From Bdellovibrionota bacterium (GTDB lineage: Bacteria; Bdellovibrionota; UBA2428), in assembly GCA_041391385.1 (NCBI GenBank), contig JAWKOD010000003.1, positions 263,360-327,359 on the forward strand: a stretch of DNA of 64,000 nucleotides, given 5' to 3'. Under the pieces are notes generated by a model. It was not told the origin of the DNA and ran no database searches. It saw nothing but the letters and a program-made list of their open reading frames with translations. This document shows positions 50,821 through 59,744 of the stretch, piece by piece. The position numbers and the translations under genes are program-made. How positions within the stretch are numbered: position 1 is the first letter of the stretch; every line of letters starts with the position of its first letter.

Positions 50821-53100
50821 GTGATCTGGGGAATTGTTACACTCCTTTTTGCCTTTTTTCTCGGGCCCTTAGCTAAGAAAACCACACATCGATTGGGGTT
50901 GTCTGGGCTTTATATTGCCTCAGCTGCCTCTTTTCTTATAGCCCTACTCGAATTGGACAGCCCCCTCTACTATCATTTCGTTCCACAAACATTTGCCCTC
51001 TTTGACCTCTCTTTTGTAGCCGACACCCTAAGCCTCATTTTCTGTGTCCTCATAACCTTTATTGGAGCCATCGTTACAGCCTACAGCGCTTACTACATAG
51101 AGCCCGAGGAGGCCCCACGCTTTACAACCCTGATTAATTTCTTCAGTCTTTCCATGGTGGGTCTGGTGCTATCTAACAACCTCCTTGGACTTTTTATTTT
51201 CTGGGAGTTCACCAGTATTTGCTCATATTTTCTCATCTCCTTTGATGGCACGAATGAGAAAGCCCGAAAATCTGCCTGGCAATCACTTCTAATCACTTCT
51301 TTTGGGGGACTCTGCCTACTGTGCGGTCTCCTGATTTTAGGCGGGATTGGGGGAACCTACGACCTCCTACAAATGAGAATCCCCATTGAGCATCCATGGC
51401 TAGGAACAACTCTCATTCTCATCTTTCTGGGTGTTTTTACAAAGTCTGCGCAATTTCCGTTTCACTTTTGGCTGCCGAATGCCATGACTGCCCCTTCACC
51501 TGCTAGTGCTTTTTTGCACTCTGCTACGATGGTCAAAGCAGGAGTTTTTCTTCTTCTGAGACTAAGCCCCTTCTTAGCAGAACACGCTTACTGGGGAAAA
51601 ATTCTCATTCCCACTGGCTTCATCACTGCAGGCCTTGCCTCCATTTTGCTTTTGTTTGAAAAAGACCTCAAACGAATTTTCGCGTACACAACCATTGCTG
51701 CGTTGGGCCTCATTGTTTACATGATTGGAAAAAACAATGCGAGCGCCTATTATCTTGCTGTTGTTTGGATTGTTACTCACGCACTCTACAAAGCCCCTCT
51801 CTTCCTTCTTGCCGGAAATATTGAACATTACTCGGGCTCTAGAGACGTGACGACACTCTCTCAACTCTATCCACGCATGAAGGGAAGTCTTCTCGTTGCA
51901 GCTCTTTCTATATTTTCACTTTTAGGGCTTCCGCCGGTACTCTCCTCACATGCCAAAGGTGATTTTTTCCAGCTTTTAGGCAGCTCTCCCTTCGAATTTG
52001 CGCTCATGATTCTTATTTTTTCAACAACAGGTAGTGTTGCCATAACCCTTCTTTCAATTTTTCTAAAAAGTAATTCGGAAGAAAAAGTTGAAGGCCGATT
52101 TTTTGACGACGACGACGACCCCGCACTCCTATGGCTCCCTCCTGCAGCACTCGCAGTTATTTCTTTTATGATTGGACTTCGATACGGCCCCTTCACTGAA
52201 TTCCTGAGAGAAACCCTAGGGCAGATTTTTCCCTTCGACTTTAGTGACATCGGACTCACTCAAAGCAACCACACACTCGCCACCTTTTCTACAGCTGCTG
52301 TGATGCTTCTCGCTGTATTCTTTGCAGCCGTCTCTTACAGGTTAAGAAAATTCACCTTCAATAATCCTAAAGTAAACCTTCCTAACTTTGATAAAATCTG
52401 GAACTTTCTTTTTAACGGACTCTTAAAAACTTCAAAAATATTTTTCGACAAAATTCAAAACAATCGAATTGAACTTTACTCACTCACTTTTTTTGTTTTC
52501 CTACTTTACCTCATTACACAAATACAAGGACTTGAAGAACTTGGCCTCCCTCTCCTTTCGCTTAAATTTCCTCAAGGAGTTACGCCGTTTGAAATTGCAC
52601 TTATCGCAGCAATGCTCATTGCCTCCACAATGGCAATTAAAGCTGAATCAAATTTATCAGCACTCGTAGTCCTCGGTGTTATCGGATTTGGAATAGCTTA
52701 CATCTATCTTGTAAACTCTGCGCCTGACTTAGCCCTCACCCAATTTCTTATTGAATCACTCACACTCATTCTCTTAGTACTAACCTTTAAACACCTGCCT
52801 AAAATTCCATACAGAGTAGAGAACTTACATTCTCGAAGACTTTACCTCGTCATAAGTATTTTCATGGGCCTCTGCGCAGGTACACTTACTTTTCTGGCGG
52901 GGTCTAGCTTTCGACCTCAAACGCTTACACGCTACTTTGGAGAGAAAAGCCTTAACCTTGCTCACGGACATAACGTTGTTAACGTAACTATTGTAGACTT
53001 TCGGGGCTTTGATACCTTGGGAGAAATAACAGTTTTAATTTTAGCCGCTGTTGGAGTTGTTAGTTTATTAAATCGCAAAAAAGGAGCTGTCGCTAAATGA
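50821..53100 (+). CDS. mrpA: Na+/H+ antiporter Mrp/Mnh subunit A
   Basis: Polytopic NuoL-like protein of 759 aa, followed by canonical mrpB–G genes. Confidence 0.85.
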   Translation: MIWGIVTLLFAFFLGPLAKKTTHRLGLSGLYIASAASFLIALLELDSPLYYHFVPQTFALFDLSFVADTLSLIFCVLITFIGAIVTAYSAYYIEPEEAPRFTTLINFFSLSMVGLVLSNNLLGLFIFWEFTSICSYFLISFDGTNEKARKSAWQSLLITSFGGLCLLCGLLILGGIGGTYDLLQMRIPIEHPWLGTTLILIFLGVFTKSAQFPFHFWLPNAMTAPSPASAFLHSATMVKAGVFLLLRLSPFLAEHAYWGKILIPTGFITAGLASILLLFEKDLKRIFAYTTIAALGLIVYMIGKNNASAYYLAVVWIVTHALYKAPLFLLAGNIEHYSGSRDVTTLSQLYPRMKGSLLVAALSIFSLLGLPPVLSSHAKGDFFQLLGSSPFEFALMILIFSTTGSVAITLLSIFLKSNSEEKVEGRFFDDDDDPALLWLPPAALAVISFMIGLRYGPFTEFLRETLGQIFPFDFSDIGLTQSNHTLATFSTAAVMLLAVFFAAVSYRLRKFTFNNPKVNLPNFDKIWNFLFNGLLKTSKIFFDKIQNNRIELYSLTFFVFLLYLITQIQGLEELGLPLLSLKFPQGVTPFEIALIAAMLIASTMAIKAESNLSALVVLGVIGFGIAYIYLVNSAPDLALTQFLIESLTLILLVLTFKHLPKIPYRVENLHSRRLYLVISIFMGLCAGTLTFLAGSSFRPQTLTRYFGEKSLNLAHGHNVVNVTIVDFRGFDTLGEITVLILAAVGVVSLLNRKKGAVAK

Positions 53101-53531
53101 ATAGTTTAATTTTTAGCGTTATGGTCCGCTACTTACGCCCTATTCTAGGCGTTCTTGCCCTCTGGCTTTTACTCAGAGGTCACAATGCGCCAGGTGGTGG
53201 TTTTGTTGCAGGACTTATAGCGGCCTCCGCTGTTATTTTACAAGTCTTGAGTAGAGGCTGGCAAAGTTTGCCAATCATACTAAGAGAAAATCTTTTTGAA
53301 CTTGCAGGTGTAGGTCTCGCTATTTCTGCCTTTAGTGGCACACTCTCAATGATACTTGGAAATCCCTTTATGACTGGCCGATGGACAAGCTTTGGTGGAA
53401 TTAAATTTGGAACCCCTGTTTTGTTTGACATAGGTGTCTTCATTGTCGTTTTTGCTGTTGTTATTTTATGTGCAGGCTTCTTACTTAAAGAAGAAGAGGA
53501 AGAAAATTCTCAGATAGGAGAAAACAAATGA
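53097..53531 (+). CDS. mrpB: Mrp antiporter subunit B
   Basis: RGHNAPGGGF motif, 144 aa, start overlaps the mrpA stop. Confidence 0.8.
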   Translation: MNSLIFSVMVRYLRPILGVLALWLLLRGHNAPGGGFVAGLIAASAVILQVLSRGWQSLPIILRENLFELAGVGLAISAFSGTLSMILGNPFMTGRWTSFGGIKFGTPVLFDIGVFIVVFAVVILCAGFLLKEEEEENSQIGENK

Positions 53532-53869
53532 CTCTCTTATTAAGTTTACTCGTAGCTGCACTTGTCAGCGCAGGCGTCTATTGCATACTTCAGCCCAATC
53601 TTATGCGAATCATCATTGGGATTCTTATTTTATCAAACGCTGCTAATTTAATTCTCTTTATAGCCGCTGGTTTGAGCGAGAGAATCCTCCCTATCATTCC
53701 CCAAGGTCAAGAGTTTCTAGACTATCAAGCGGCAGATCCCGTTCCCCAAGCCCTTATCTTGACCGCAATTGTTATAGGCTTTGGAGTTATCGCATACTTT
53801 CTTGTTTTGTGCCGTGAGTTCTACCGCGACCAGGGAGAAGACAATCTTCATCCAAGGAGTTTTGAGTGA
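53528..53869 (+). CDS. mrpC: Mrp antiporter subunit C (NuoK-like)
   Basis: 113 aa, three TM helices, coupled start. Confidence 0.8.
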   Translation: MTLLLSLLVAALVSAGVYCILQPNLMRIIIGILILSNAANLILFIAAGLSERILPIIPQGQEFLDYQAADPVPQALILTAIVIGFGVIAYFLVLCREFYRDQGEDNLHPRSFE

Positions 53870-55355
53870 ATACCTCTTTAATTTTTCCCTACTTAAGTCT
53901 TATTGTAGTTAGTTGCCTCTGCCTTATCTTTAAAAAGAAAACTAAAGTCCAGGCAACGCTTTCGGCTATTGGCTCAGGAATCCTAGTGGCTGTTGCACTC
54001 AACCTTCTACTCACCGTTCAGATACGTGGAATTCAAGTCCTACAACTTGGCAACTGGCCAGCCCCTTATGGCATCTCACTCGTAGCGGATCTGACAAGCT
54101 CACTTCTTGTTTTAACAGCTTCTCTTGTTTTTTTTGCTGTTAATATTTTTAGCATTAAATATGTTGACGAAAAAAGAAAAGGCAAAGGCTATTACTTCTT
54201 GATTAACGTCTTAATGTTAGGTGCAACTGCTGCTTTCTTAACGGGTGACATTTTCAACCTCTATGTCTCATTTGGAGCTTCTTCTTTATTTCAAGCTTTA
54301 TGCCCATGACGTTGGGTGCCTCTAAAGAAGAAATTAGCCAGGGCATACCTTACGTCATCATGAACATCATTGCCTCTTTTGCTTTTCTAGTTGGCATCGC
54401 TTTAATTTATGGCCACACAGGAAATCTCAACATGGCCTATCTGGCTTCGCTTCTCAGAAAAACTGAATGGACCTTCGGGATACGCACTGCAAGTGTCTTT
54501 TTATTTTTTGCTTTTGCTGTCAAAGCCGCTCTTTTCCCCGTTTTCTTCTGGCTTCCAAAATCATATCCTGCCGTTCCCGGGGTAATAGGCGCGCTCTTCT
54601 CGGCCTTGCTTACAAAAGTAGGCGTTTACTCCCTGTTAAGAATCTTCACGCTTATCTTTCCAATTGCTCGAGACCCAAACCTTCAACACATTCTGTATTA
54701 CTGTTCGCTCGCCACAATGGTAATTGGCGTACTTGGAGCCGTGGCACAAAATTCAATGAAAAGAATTCTCTCTGTACACATTATTTCTCAGGTAGGTTAT
54801 ATGACGTGGGGACTTGCTCTCTTTAGCCCTATATCCCTTGGAGCTGCTCTCTTTTACATGGTTCACAACATGGTTGTTAAATCCAACCTCTTTCTTATAT
54901 CGGGGCTCGTAGAAGAACTAGAAGGTACAGATAAGCTCTCTCAACTAGGTGGTCTTCTTAAAAAGAATCCCTTCTTTTCGGCGCTGTTTTTACTCTCCGC
55001 CTTATCATTAGCTGGATTTCCTCCTCTCAGTGGATTTTTCGCCAAAGTATTTCTCATCAAGGAAAGTTTGGGGCTTGAAGACTTCCTTGGCGTGAGTATT
55101 GCCATAGGCGTAAGTCTTCTCACACTTTTTTCGATGACAAAGATATGGAACGAAGTCTTTCTTAAAGAAAAAGAAGACGTACAGAGCACACTCTTTCCTG
55201 TGGGCGTAGGAATGGCCCCTATTCTTTTTCTAGCTCTCTTTGCGGTTCTACTGGGAGCTTTATCTGGCCCTATTTACGAAACCTTTATCGCTGCCGGAGA
55301 AGGCCTTTATGATCCAAGTGCATACATTCTAGCCGTGATTGGAGAGGCTGGATAA
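53866..55355 (+). CDS. mrpD: Mrp antiporter subunit D (NuoN/NuoM-like), split by two single-base insertions at about 54270–54300
   Basis: ORFs 53866..54309 and 54300..55355 form one MrpD. Across the junction the expected …DIFNLYVSFELLLISSFMPMTLGAS… is obtained by removing one G (tttgGag) and one T (cttTatt), both in short homopolymers. Confidence 0.8.
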
Positions 55356-55683
55356 AATGAAACTTTTTTACTGGATTCACTACCTCTTCATTTTCTTCCC
55401 AATCGAACTGATTAAATCAAACCTAGAAGTTGCCTATGCCGTTCTTACACCCAAACGATCCCTCAAACCTGGGATTGTTGCTGTTCCTATTGAACTAAAA
55501 ACAGACTGGGGAATTGCCATGTTGGCAAATTCCATAACTCTCACCCCCGGAACAATCACCCTTGATGTATCCTTAGATAGAAAAAAAATATTTGTACACT
55601 GTATGTCCCTTGAAGACCCACAAAGCTTTGTTGAAGCAATTAAAGATAATTTTGAAGCTAAAATAAAAAGGCTGGGAGGCTAA
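55339..55683 (+). CDS. mrpE: Mrp antiporter subunit E
   Basis: ITLTPGTITLDV motif typical of MnhE, 114 aa. Confidence 0.75.
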   Translation: MERLDKMKLFYWIHYLFIFFPIELIKSNLEVAYAVLTPKRSLKPGIVAVPIELKTDWGIAMLANSITLTPGTITLDVSLDRKKIFVHCMSLEDPQSFVEAIKDNFEAKIKRLGG

Positions 55684-55684
55684 G

Positions 55685-55966
55685 ATGTTTCCTCAATTAG
55701 AAATTTTCTTCATGAACGCGTTTTTCCTTTGTCTATCGATTTCACTTTTTCTTGTGTTAAGTCGACTAAAAGCAGGCCCTTCTTTGGCAGATAGGGTTGC
55801 AGCTATTGATTTATTTACAACAATTCTTCTTTCAGCCATTGCCGTAGCCTCCATCTACGTTAGAGAAGTCGTTTACTTTGATATAGCGCTTGTCCTAGCT
55901 CTTTTTGGATTTTTAGGAACAGCACTTTATGCTCGATTCATTAGTAACCAGGGAGCTGCAAAATGA
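55685..55966 (+). CDS. mrpF: Mrp antiporter subunit F
   Basis: 93-aa, three-TM protein in the conserved position. Confidence 0.75.
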   Translation: MFPQLEIFFMNAFFLCLSISLFLVLSRLKAGPSLADRVAAIDLFTTILLSAIAVASIYVREVVYFDIALVLALFGFLGTALYARFISNQGAAK

Positions 55967-56301
55967 GAGACCTTCTCGTAGCTTTTCTTTTGTTCCTTTC
56001 TGGTCTTTTCATTCTACTTGCATCCTTAGGGCTTAAACGCTTTCCTGACCTTTACTGCCGACTTCATGCAAGCTGCAAAGCTTCAACTCTGGCTAAGATT
56101 TTTAGCTTTTCAGCAGCGGCCATTTACTTTTGGAATCAAAGCCATGGAGTAGAATTCAAGTTAGCCTGTGTTATCGTTTTTCTTTTTTTCACAAACCCCG
56201 TAGGAACTCACCTAATTGCGCGTGCTGGTTACAAACGAGGAGCAAAACCTGCAAAGATAACCTGGTATGACGATTACTCTTCAGAAAACACTTCTTCATA
56301 A
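55963..56301 (+). CDS. mrpG: Mrp antiporter subunit G
   Basis: 112-aa membrane protein in the conserved position. Confidence 0.75.
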   Translation: MRDLLVAFLLFLSGLFILLASLGLKRFPDLYCRLHASCKASTLAKIFSFSAAAIYFWNQSHGVEFKLACVIVFLFFTNPVGTHLIARAGYKRGAKPAKITWYDDYSSENTSS

Positions 56302-56306
56302 TTTTT

Positions 56307-57056
56307 ATGTTTAGAGGACAAGATGTTTACTACCGTGAAGCTATTCGAATTTGGTTTATCTTAGCTTTTCAAGCTGGCGCGATTAATATCGCAGGCTTTC
56401 TTGCATGCCACCGTTTTGTAAGTCACGTTACGGGATTCCCAACCTTCTTTGCAGATGACCTTTCTAAGGGAGACTTAAGTGAAGCGTTTAACATATTACT
56501 CGTTCCCATTTTCTTTGTATTGGGAACAATGCTTTCTGCTTGGCATGTAGACCGAAGAATTGAAAGAAAAAAGGCACCTCGTTACACGCTCGTTTTCTCA
56601 CTGATATGCTTTATGCTCATATTCGTCCTCCTTGTAGGCCAACTAGGTTACTTTGGAGTTTTTGGAGAACCTCTACTCTACAAACGAGATTATGCGCTTA
56701 TGGCTATTTTGTGTGCTGTTAGCGGAATTCAAAATGCCGTCATTACAACTGCCTCAGGATACAGAGTAAGAACAACTCATCTAAGTGGAATCACAACGGA
56801 CTTTGGGATTGGTCTTGTTAATTTGTGGACCAAGAGAAAAGACAAAGTCACTTTTGACTCTGAACTAACCATAAACTTTTACCGCTTTGGCACAATAGTA
56901 TCATTCACTTTGGGTGGAGTAGCTGGAGCTTTCGCATTTAAATCTCTGAATTACACAGGATTCATTCTTCCACTCTGCACAGCAATTTTTGTGTGGCGAG
57001 ATGCAGAACTCAGACAAAGAAAAGCCCTAAGCAAGCAAAGTGTTCCGGGAGTTTAG
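56307..57056 (+). CDS. DUF1275 (YoaK-like) membrane protein
   Basis: Polytopic 249-aa protein lying immediately downstream of the mrp operon. Confidence 0.45.
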   Translation: MFRGQDVYYREAIRIWFILAFQAGAINIAGFLACHRFVSHVTGFPTFFADDLSKGDLSEAFNILLVPIFFVLGTMLSAWHVDRRIERKKAPRYTLVFSLICFMLIFVLLVGQLGYFGVFGEPLLYKRDYALMAILCAVSGIQNAVITTASGYRVRTTHLSGITTDFGIGLVNLWTKRKDKVTFDSELTINFYRFGTIVSFTLGGVAGAFAFKSLNYTGFILPLCTAIFVWRDAELRQRKALSKQSVPGV

Positions 57057-57131
57057 TTTTAGCGTAAAAATTATTTAAGACGTCTAAGAACGCTCCGCAA
57101 GGGTAGCTCGATGTTTGGGCAAAAGCAGGAA

Positions 57132-57161
57132 TTGACGATGCGCGGCGGTCGTGACTATAAG
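57132..57161 (+). promoter_or_regulatory. Candidate sigma70-type promoter (TTGACG-N18-TATAAG) upstream of the 57199 gene
   Basis: TTGACG at 57132–57137, an 18-nt spacer and TATAAG at 57156–57161. It sits about 35 nt upstream of the RBS (GAAAGGAAT) and ATG at 57199. Confidence 0.35.
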
Positions 57162-57198
57162 CCGATTCAATATACGTTCCCAGAAAGGAATCTAAATC

Positions 57199-57783
57199 AT
57201 GAAAAAAATCCCCATTCTCCTCACCCTCATTTTCTCAATTTTCGCTCAAGCAGATCAATGCGCATGGAATGAATATTCCATAAGTGCAGCAGCACGAGAA
57301 ATCATTAAAAACATGGCTGAAGTTAACAATCAAAAGCCAAGCATTTATACATATTGCGAGCCTTGTGGCGAAAAAGAAATGAACCGCGTGTATCTTGTTG
57401 AAAAAGGAAACGTAGAAGGTAATCAAAATCCTTATGATGTCACAGTAAACAGAATGACGACTCCAATTCCTGCAGACGCAGCCACTGGGGACAACAAGCC
57501 TTCTATACGTTCTGGCTTATGGCAGTTAACTGTTCACCATAACAGAGAATTTGGTTCCTATAGTCGTTTCGATCTTGCTTATACCTATGTAAAAATCGCT
57601 GCAAACCGCTATGCCAATCTTGCCTATGTTGTTGGCTGTCCCGCAGAAGGCGTGACTCCAGTCATTAAGACAGACGGCGACACCATTAAAGAAGAAGGTG
57701 TTGATGAAGAAGGCAAAGCCGAAACAGACGATGGTATCTTTATTCGCGATTACACTAAAAATGCCCTTAGAGCAGAAGGTTAA
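57199..57783 (+). CDS. Secreted Cys-containing hypothetical protein
   Basis: Signal peptide MKKIPILLTLIFSIFAQA, four Cys residues and its own promoter and terminator. Confidence 0.5.
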   Translation: MKKIPILLTLIFSIFAQADQCAWNEYSISAAAREIIKNMAEVNNQKPSIYTYCEPCGEKEMNRVYLVEKGNVEGNQNPYDVTVNRMTTPIPADAATGDNKPSIRSGLWQLTVHHNREFGSYSRFDLAYTYVKIAANRYANLAYVVGCPAEGVTPVIKTDGDTIKEEGVDEEGKAETDDGIFIRDYTKNALRAEG

Positions 57784-57808
57784 ATCCTAGCGTACTCCCT
57801 CTTAAACA

Positions 57809-57856
57809 CCCCCCAAGATTCGGAATCTTAGATACCGAATCTTGGGGTTTTTTATT
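57809..57856 (+). terminator. Rho-independent terminator
   Basis: Perfect 13-bp stem ccccaagattcgg / ccgaatcttgggg (57811–57823 and 57835–57847) with an 11-nt loop, followed by TTTTTT. Confidence 0.8.
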
Positions 57857-58016
57857 GCCTAATTTATAGACAGTGCCGTCAATGCGCGTCTCTATGTCTC
57901 CGTTTTAGAGTGAAATACAACCAAACAAAGAAGGCAGGCACTCGATAGCACCGTATTGTTTGGCATAGCGATTGCAACTCTCCATCTGAAATTTATTTTA
58001 AAGAGGTGCTAAACGT

Positions 58017-58559
58017 ATGCCGTATTCTAAAAGAACAAAGAAATCTCAGCTTTCTAAGAAGAAAGTTGCACAAATTACCCCTCGTGATTACACAACAATG
58101 GGAGTTCATCCTTCCTACGTACACTTTAACCCTGCTGGCGAAAAGCAAATGATTTTACCTATTTCTCATAGTCTAGAGAAATGGATCCTCATGATCTTAC
58201 TCGCTTTCGCAATGGCTGCTTTCCTTGGTTTTAAAATGCTTGAGAATTCTGAACTTGCATTTAGCCTTACAGACGGTAGTACCGAAAACTTTGCAGCTCA
58301 TTCAGTTTCAAACGAAAAAGAATTTAAAAATGAATTCAATAAAAGTCGCGATGAAGCTAGGGCTATAATGCAAAAGCACAAACAAGCTAAGTCTATTAAA
58401 ACATCACCTAAATATGGCAAAGGACAAAAGAAATACTACGCTAAAAAGAAGTCTAAGCTTAGTAGGTCAAAGAAAGTAGCTAAAAGAAAGTCACATAAAA
58501 GAAAAGGACAAGTGGCTAAAAGAAGAACTCGCAGCAAGAAATCCGTAGCTAGCAAATAG
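58017..58559 (+). CDS. Single-pass membrane protein with an extremely basic Lys/Arg-rich C-terminal tail
   Basis: N-terminal basic stretch, TM helix WILMILLAFAMAAFLGF and the C-terminal tail …KKYYAKKKSKLSRSKKVAKRKSHKRKGQVAKRRTRSKKSVASK. Confidence 0.45.
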   Translation: MPYSKRTKKSQLSKKKVAQITPRDYTTMGVHPSYVHFNPAGEKQMILPISHSLEKWILMILLAFAMAAFLGFKMLENSELAFSLTDGSTENFAAHSVSNEKEFKNEFNKSRDEARAIMQKHKQAKSIKTSPKYGKGQKKYYAKKKSKLSRSKKVAKRKSHKRKGQVAKRRTRSKKSVASK

Positions 58560-58582
58560 ATAGATAAGCACTCTAAATAAAA

Positions 58583-58629
58583 TAAAAAAAGCCTCTTTGC
58601 GAATCACCTTCGCAAAGAGGCTTTTTTTA
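58583..58629. terminator. Bidirectional rho-independent terminator between the 58017 gene and nrdB
   Basis: A-run, then a 13-bp perfect stem gcctctttgcgaa / ttcgcaaagaggc (58591–58603 and 58609–58621) with a 5-nt loop, then a T-run. It would work as a terminator on either strand. Confidence 0.8.
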
Positions 58630-58649
58630 TTACCAATCAAGATACTGAC

Positions 58650-59723
58650 TTAATCCCAGCTAAGAGCTCCGCCGGATTGATATTCAATAACTCTAGTTTC
58701 AAAGAAATTCTTCTCTTTCTTTAAGTCAGCTATTTCACTCATCCAGGGGAAGGGATTTTCGGTATTAAAGATTTTAGGAAGACCAATTTTCTCAAGTCTT
58801 CTGTCTGCAATAAAACCAACATATTGTTCAAACATTTTTGCGTTTAAGCCCAAAACACCCTTAGGCAAACAATCCTTCGCATAAAGTGATTCAAGGTGAG
58901 CAGCTTCACGAATAAGTTGAATCATTTTCTCTTGGAATTCTTTAGTCCAAAGATCAGGGTTCTCAATCTTAATTTGGTTGATCAAATCGATACCAAAGTT
59001 CATGTGCTTGGTTTCATCTCTCATTATGTACTGGAATTGTTCACCAACACCTACGAGTTGATTACGTCTTTGGAAAGAGAGCATCATCGCAAAACCGCTA
59101 TAGAAAAAGATACCTTCCATGATGATGTAAAAACCAATAAGGTTTTCTAAGAACTTCTGTGATCCTTCAAATGTCTCCGTTGAAAAATGCGGATCCATAA
59201 TGTCTTTTGTAAGTTGAAGCTCGAATGCGTCTTTGTTGTGAATACTCACAACTTCACGATACATGTTGAAAACCTCACCCTCATCCACGTTCAAGCTTTC
59301 AACAATATATTGAAATGCGTGGCTGTGAATAGCTTCTTCAAAAGCCTGACGCAAAAGATACTGACGACATTCAGGATTAGTTACATGCTTATAAATGGCA
59401 AGTGTAAGGTTGTTCGCAACAAGCGACTCCGCCGTAGCAAAGAAACCAAGGTTACGTTTAATTACAAGACGCTCATCCGGTGTAAGAATATTAGATTTCC
59501 ACAACTCAATATCTCTCGCCATGGGGACTTCTTGTGGCATCCAGTGGTTAGCGCAACTATCGAGATAGTTCTGCCATGCCCACTTATACTTAATAGGTAC
59601 CAACTGATTCAAATCGCTTCTACAGTTAATAACTCTCTTTTCATCCACATGAACGCGGGCTTTTACAGCATGTTTTTTAAAAAACTCTTCCTGGCTCGCA
59701 ACTTGTTCAATAATCTTAGACAT
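58650..59723 (-). CDS. nrdB: Ribonucleotide reductase small subunit (R2) with a class Ic-like signature (Glu/Phe variant)
   Basis: Ferritin-like R2 fold. Aligned against the E. coli R2 D84…E115-x2-H118…Y122 ligand/radical pattern, this protein reads ATAESL (Glu at the Asp84 position), then 31 residues later EEAIHSHAF (Glu and His conserved, Phe at the Tyr122 position). Confidence 0.85.
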   Translation of the reverse strand: MSKIIEQVASQEEFFKKHAVKARVHVDEKRVINCRSDLNQLVPIKYKWAWQNYLDSCANHWMPQEVPMARDIELWKSNILTPDERLVIKRNLGFFATAESLVANNLTLAIYKHVTNPECRQYLLRQAFEEAIHSHAFQYIVESLNVDEGEVFNMYREVVSIHNKDAFELQLTKDIMDPHFSTETFEGSQKFLENLIGFYIIMEGIFFYSGFAMMLSFQRRNQLVGVGEQFQYIMRDETKHMNFGIDLINQIKIENPDLWTKEFQEKMIQLIREAAHLESLYAKDCLPKGVLGLNAKMFEQYVGFIADRRLEKIGLPKIFNTENPFPWMSEIADLKKEKNFFETRVIEYQSGGALSWD

Positions 59724-59744
59724 TTTTTTCTACACCCTTTCTCT

